Below are positions 61,637 through 64,000 of a DNA stretch of 64,000 bases, in pieces (positions within the stretch are counted from its first letter, which is position 1; each line of letters begins with the position of its first letter). Under the pieces are notes generated by a model that saw nothing but the letters and a program-made list of their open reading frames with translations, searched no databases and had not been told where the DNA came from. This DNA is from Mobula hypostoma (taxonomy: Eukaryota), in the NCBI RefSeq assembly GCF_963921235.1, contig NC_086097.1, positions 106,208,001 to 106,272,000 on the forward strand, read 5' to 3'. The position numbers were made by a program, and so were the translations under genes.

Positions 61637-64000
61637 TCCGAGCTTACTTCCTCGGCGTGGACTCTCCTACCCCCACCGATGACCCCTTCTCCCGTCTTCA
61701 ACCCTCCTCCTCTTCATGGACACCCTACTCTGGTCTTCTGTTTGCTCTGGATCTTTTTATTGCTAACTGCTGACAGGACATCAACCATCTCGACTTCACC
61801 ACACCTTGTTCCAATCCCAACCTCACTCCTCCCGAGCGCTCTGCTGTCTACTCCCTCTGCACCAATCCTAACCTTACTATAAAACCCGTTGATAAGGAGA
61901 GTGCTGTTGTAGTCTGGCGTACTGACCTCTACCTTGCCGAGGCACAGTGACAACTTGCTGAATCCTCCTCTTATTTACCCCTTGAACATGATCCCACTAA
62001 GGAGCACCAGGCCATTGTCTCCCACACCATCATCGACCTTATCAGCTCTGGGGATCTTCCATCCACTGCCACCAACCTCATAGTTCCCACACCCTGCACT
62101 TCTCATTTCTACGCCCTACCCAAGATCCACAAACCTGCCTGTCCAGGTAGACCCATTGTTTCAGCTTGCTCCTGACCTACCAAACTCATTTCTACATATC
62201 TTGACACTGTTTTATCCACCCGCCCCCCTTCCCACCTATGTTAGTTATAATTCTCATGCTCTGGATTTTTTTCAATGATTTGAAGTTCCCTGGCCCCCAT
62301 CGTCTTATTTTCACCATGGATGTGCAGTCCGTACATACCTCCATCCCCCACCAGGAAGGTCTCAAAGCTCTCTGTTTCTTTTTGGATTCCAGACCCAACC
62401 AGTTCCCCTCTACCACCACTCTCCTCCACCTAGCAGAATTGGTCCTTACTCTTAATAATTTCTCCTTTGGCTTCTCCCACTTCCTTCAAACTAAAGGTGT
62501 AGCCATGGGCACCTGTATGGGTCCCAGCTATGCCTGCCTTTTTGTTGGCTATGTGGAACAGTCCATGTTCCAAACCTATACTGGTATCCGTCCCCCACTT
62601 TTCCTTCGCTACATTGACGACTGCATTGGCACTGCTTCCTGCACGCATGCTGAGCTCGTTGACTTCATTAACTTTGCCTCCAACTTCCACCCTGCCCTCA
62701 AAGTTACCTGGTCCATTTCTGACACCTCCCCCCCCTTCCTTGATCTCTCTGTCTCTATCTCTGGAGACAGCTTATTGACTGATGTCTACTATAAGCCCAT
62801 GGACTCTCACAGCTACCTGGACTATTCCTCTTCCCACCCTGTTACTTGTAAAAATGCCATCCCGTTCTCTCAATTCCTCCGTCTCCACCGCATCTGCTCT
62901 CAGAATGAGGCTTTTCATTCCAGGACGAAGGAGATGTCTTCTTTTTTTAAAGAAAGGGGCCTCCCTTCCTCCACCATCAACTCTGCCCTCAAAAGCATCT
63001 CTCCCATTTCACGCACATCTGCTCTTACCCCATCCTCTTGCCACCCCACTAGGGATAGGGTTCCTCTTGTCCTCACCTACCACCCCACCAGCCTCTGTGT
63101 CCAACATATAATTCTCCGTAACTTCCGCCATCTCCAACAGGATCCCACCACCAAGCACATCTTTCCCTCCCCTTCACTTTCTGCTTTCCACAGGAAAGTC
63201 CCTACGTGACTCCGTTGTCCATTCGTTTCCCCCCCAACCCTTCCCACCGATCTCCCACCTGGTATTAATCCTTGTAAGCGGAACAAGTGCTACACCTGCC
63301 CTTACACTTCCTCCCTCACCACCATTCAGGGTCCCAGACAGTCCTTCCAGGTGAGGCAACACTTCACTTGTGAGTCTGCTGATGTGATATACTGTGTCCG
63401 GTGTTCCTGGAGTGGCCTTCTTTATATTGGTGAGACCCGACGCAGATTGGGAGACCGCTTCACTGAACACCTACGCTCTGTCCGCCAGAGGAACCAGGAT
63501 CTCCCAGTGGCCACGCATTTTAATTCCACATCCCATTCCCATTCTGATATGTCAATCCATAGCCTCCTCTGTTGTCGAGATGAGGCCACACTCAGGTTGG
63601 AGGAGCAACACCTTATATTCCGTCTGGGCAGCCTCCAACCTGATGGCATGAACATTGATTTCTCTAACTTCCGTTGATGCCCCTCCTCCCCTTCTTACCC
63701 TATCTCTATCTATCTATCTATCTATCTATCTGTCTATTTATTTATTTATTTATTTATTTTCTTTCTTTCTCTCTCACAATAACCCCTTGCCTGTTCTCCA
63801 TCTTCCTCTGGTGCTCCCCTCCCCCTTTCTTTCTTCCAATGGCTTTCGTCCCATGGTACTCCCCCTTCTCCAGCCTTGTATCCCTTTTACCAACTTCCCA
63901 GCTCTTTGCTTCATCACTCCCCCTCCTGTCTTCTCCTATCATTTCGGGTCTTGCCCTCCCCCTCCCACTATCAAATCTCTTACTATCTCTTTTTTCTGTT
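61637..64000 (+). mobile_element. Penelope-like retroelement (Neptune-type), running off the window end
   Basis: FYALPKIHKPACPGRPIVS, DVQSVHTSIP, YIDD (ORF 62238-63209); GIY-YIG DVIYCVRCSWSGLLYIGETRRRLGDRF (ORF 63351-63677); stops and frameshifts present. Confidence 0.96.
63705..63758. repeat. (CTAT)n(TTAT)n compound microsatellite in the PLE 3' region
   Basis: Read directly from the sequence. Confidence 0.9.

Overview
Eukaryotic, non-coding, repeat-dominated DNA. The repeat mix (CR1, Rex1/Babar, Neptune-type Penelope-like elements, Tc1, Tigger, Mag-type Gypsy) suggests a vertebrate, most likely a cartilaginous fish such as a ray; this is an inference. I can support no intact host gene, tRNA, rRNA or CRISPR array. 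Nearly all long ORFs are decayed transposon ORFs or their antisense shadows. Main points of interest: (1) an internally deleted endogenous-retrovirus-like provirus at 43359-48050, with TGTT..AACA termini, a 5-bp ATAGA target-site duplication, a perfect 18-nt tRNA-Leu primer-binding site, a leader splice donor and a capsid-like gag remnant, plus two nested CR1 insertions; (2) Penelope-like elements carrying a minimal hammerhead ribozyme, with many short and often inverted terminus-only copies; (3) two Tigger/pogo DNA transposons whose non-coding ends resemble mammalian MER2/MER2B and MER82 as I recall them, so candidate horizontal transfers, one holding a hairpin with ~105-bp arms; (4) a tRNA-headed SINE with a BovB/RTE-like tail and a four-copy RTE-derived non-autonomous element; (5) a solo LTR nested in another solo LTR; (6) two TE-poor islands that may be conserved regulatory DNA. 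Family names come from recognised motifs and memory, not database searches. Boundaries without a stated TSD or TIR are approximate.
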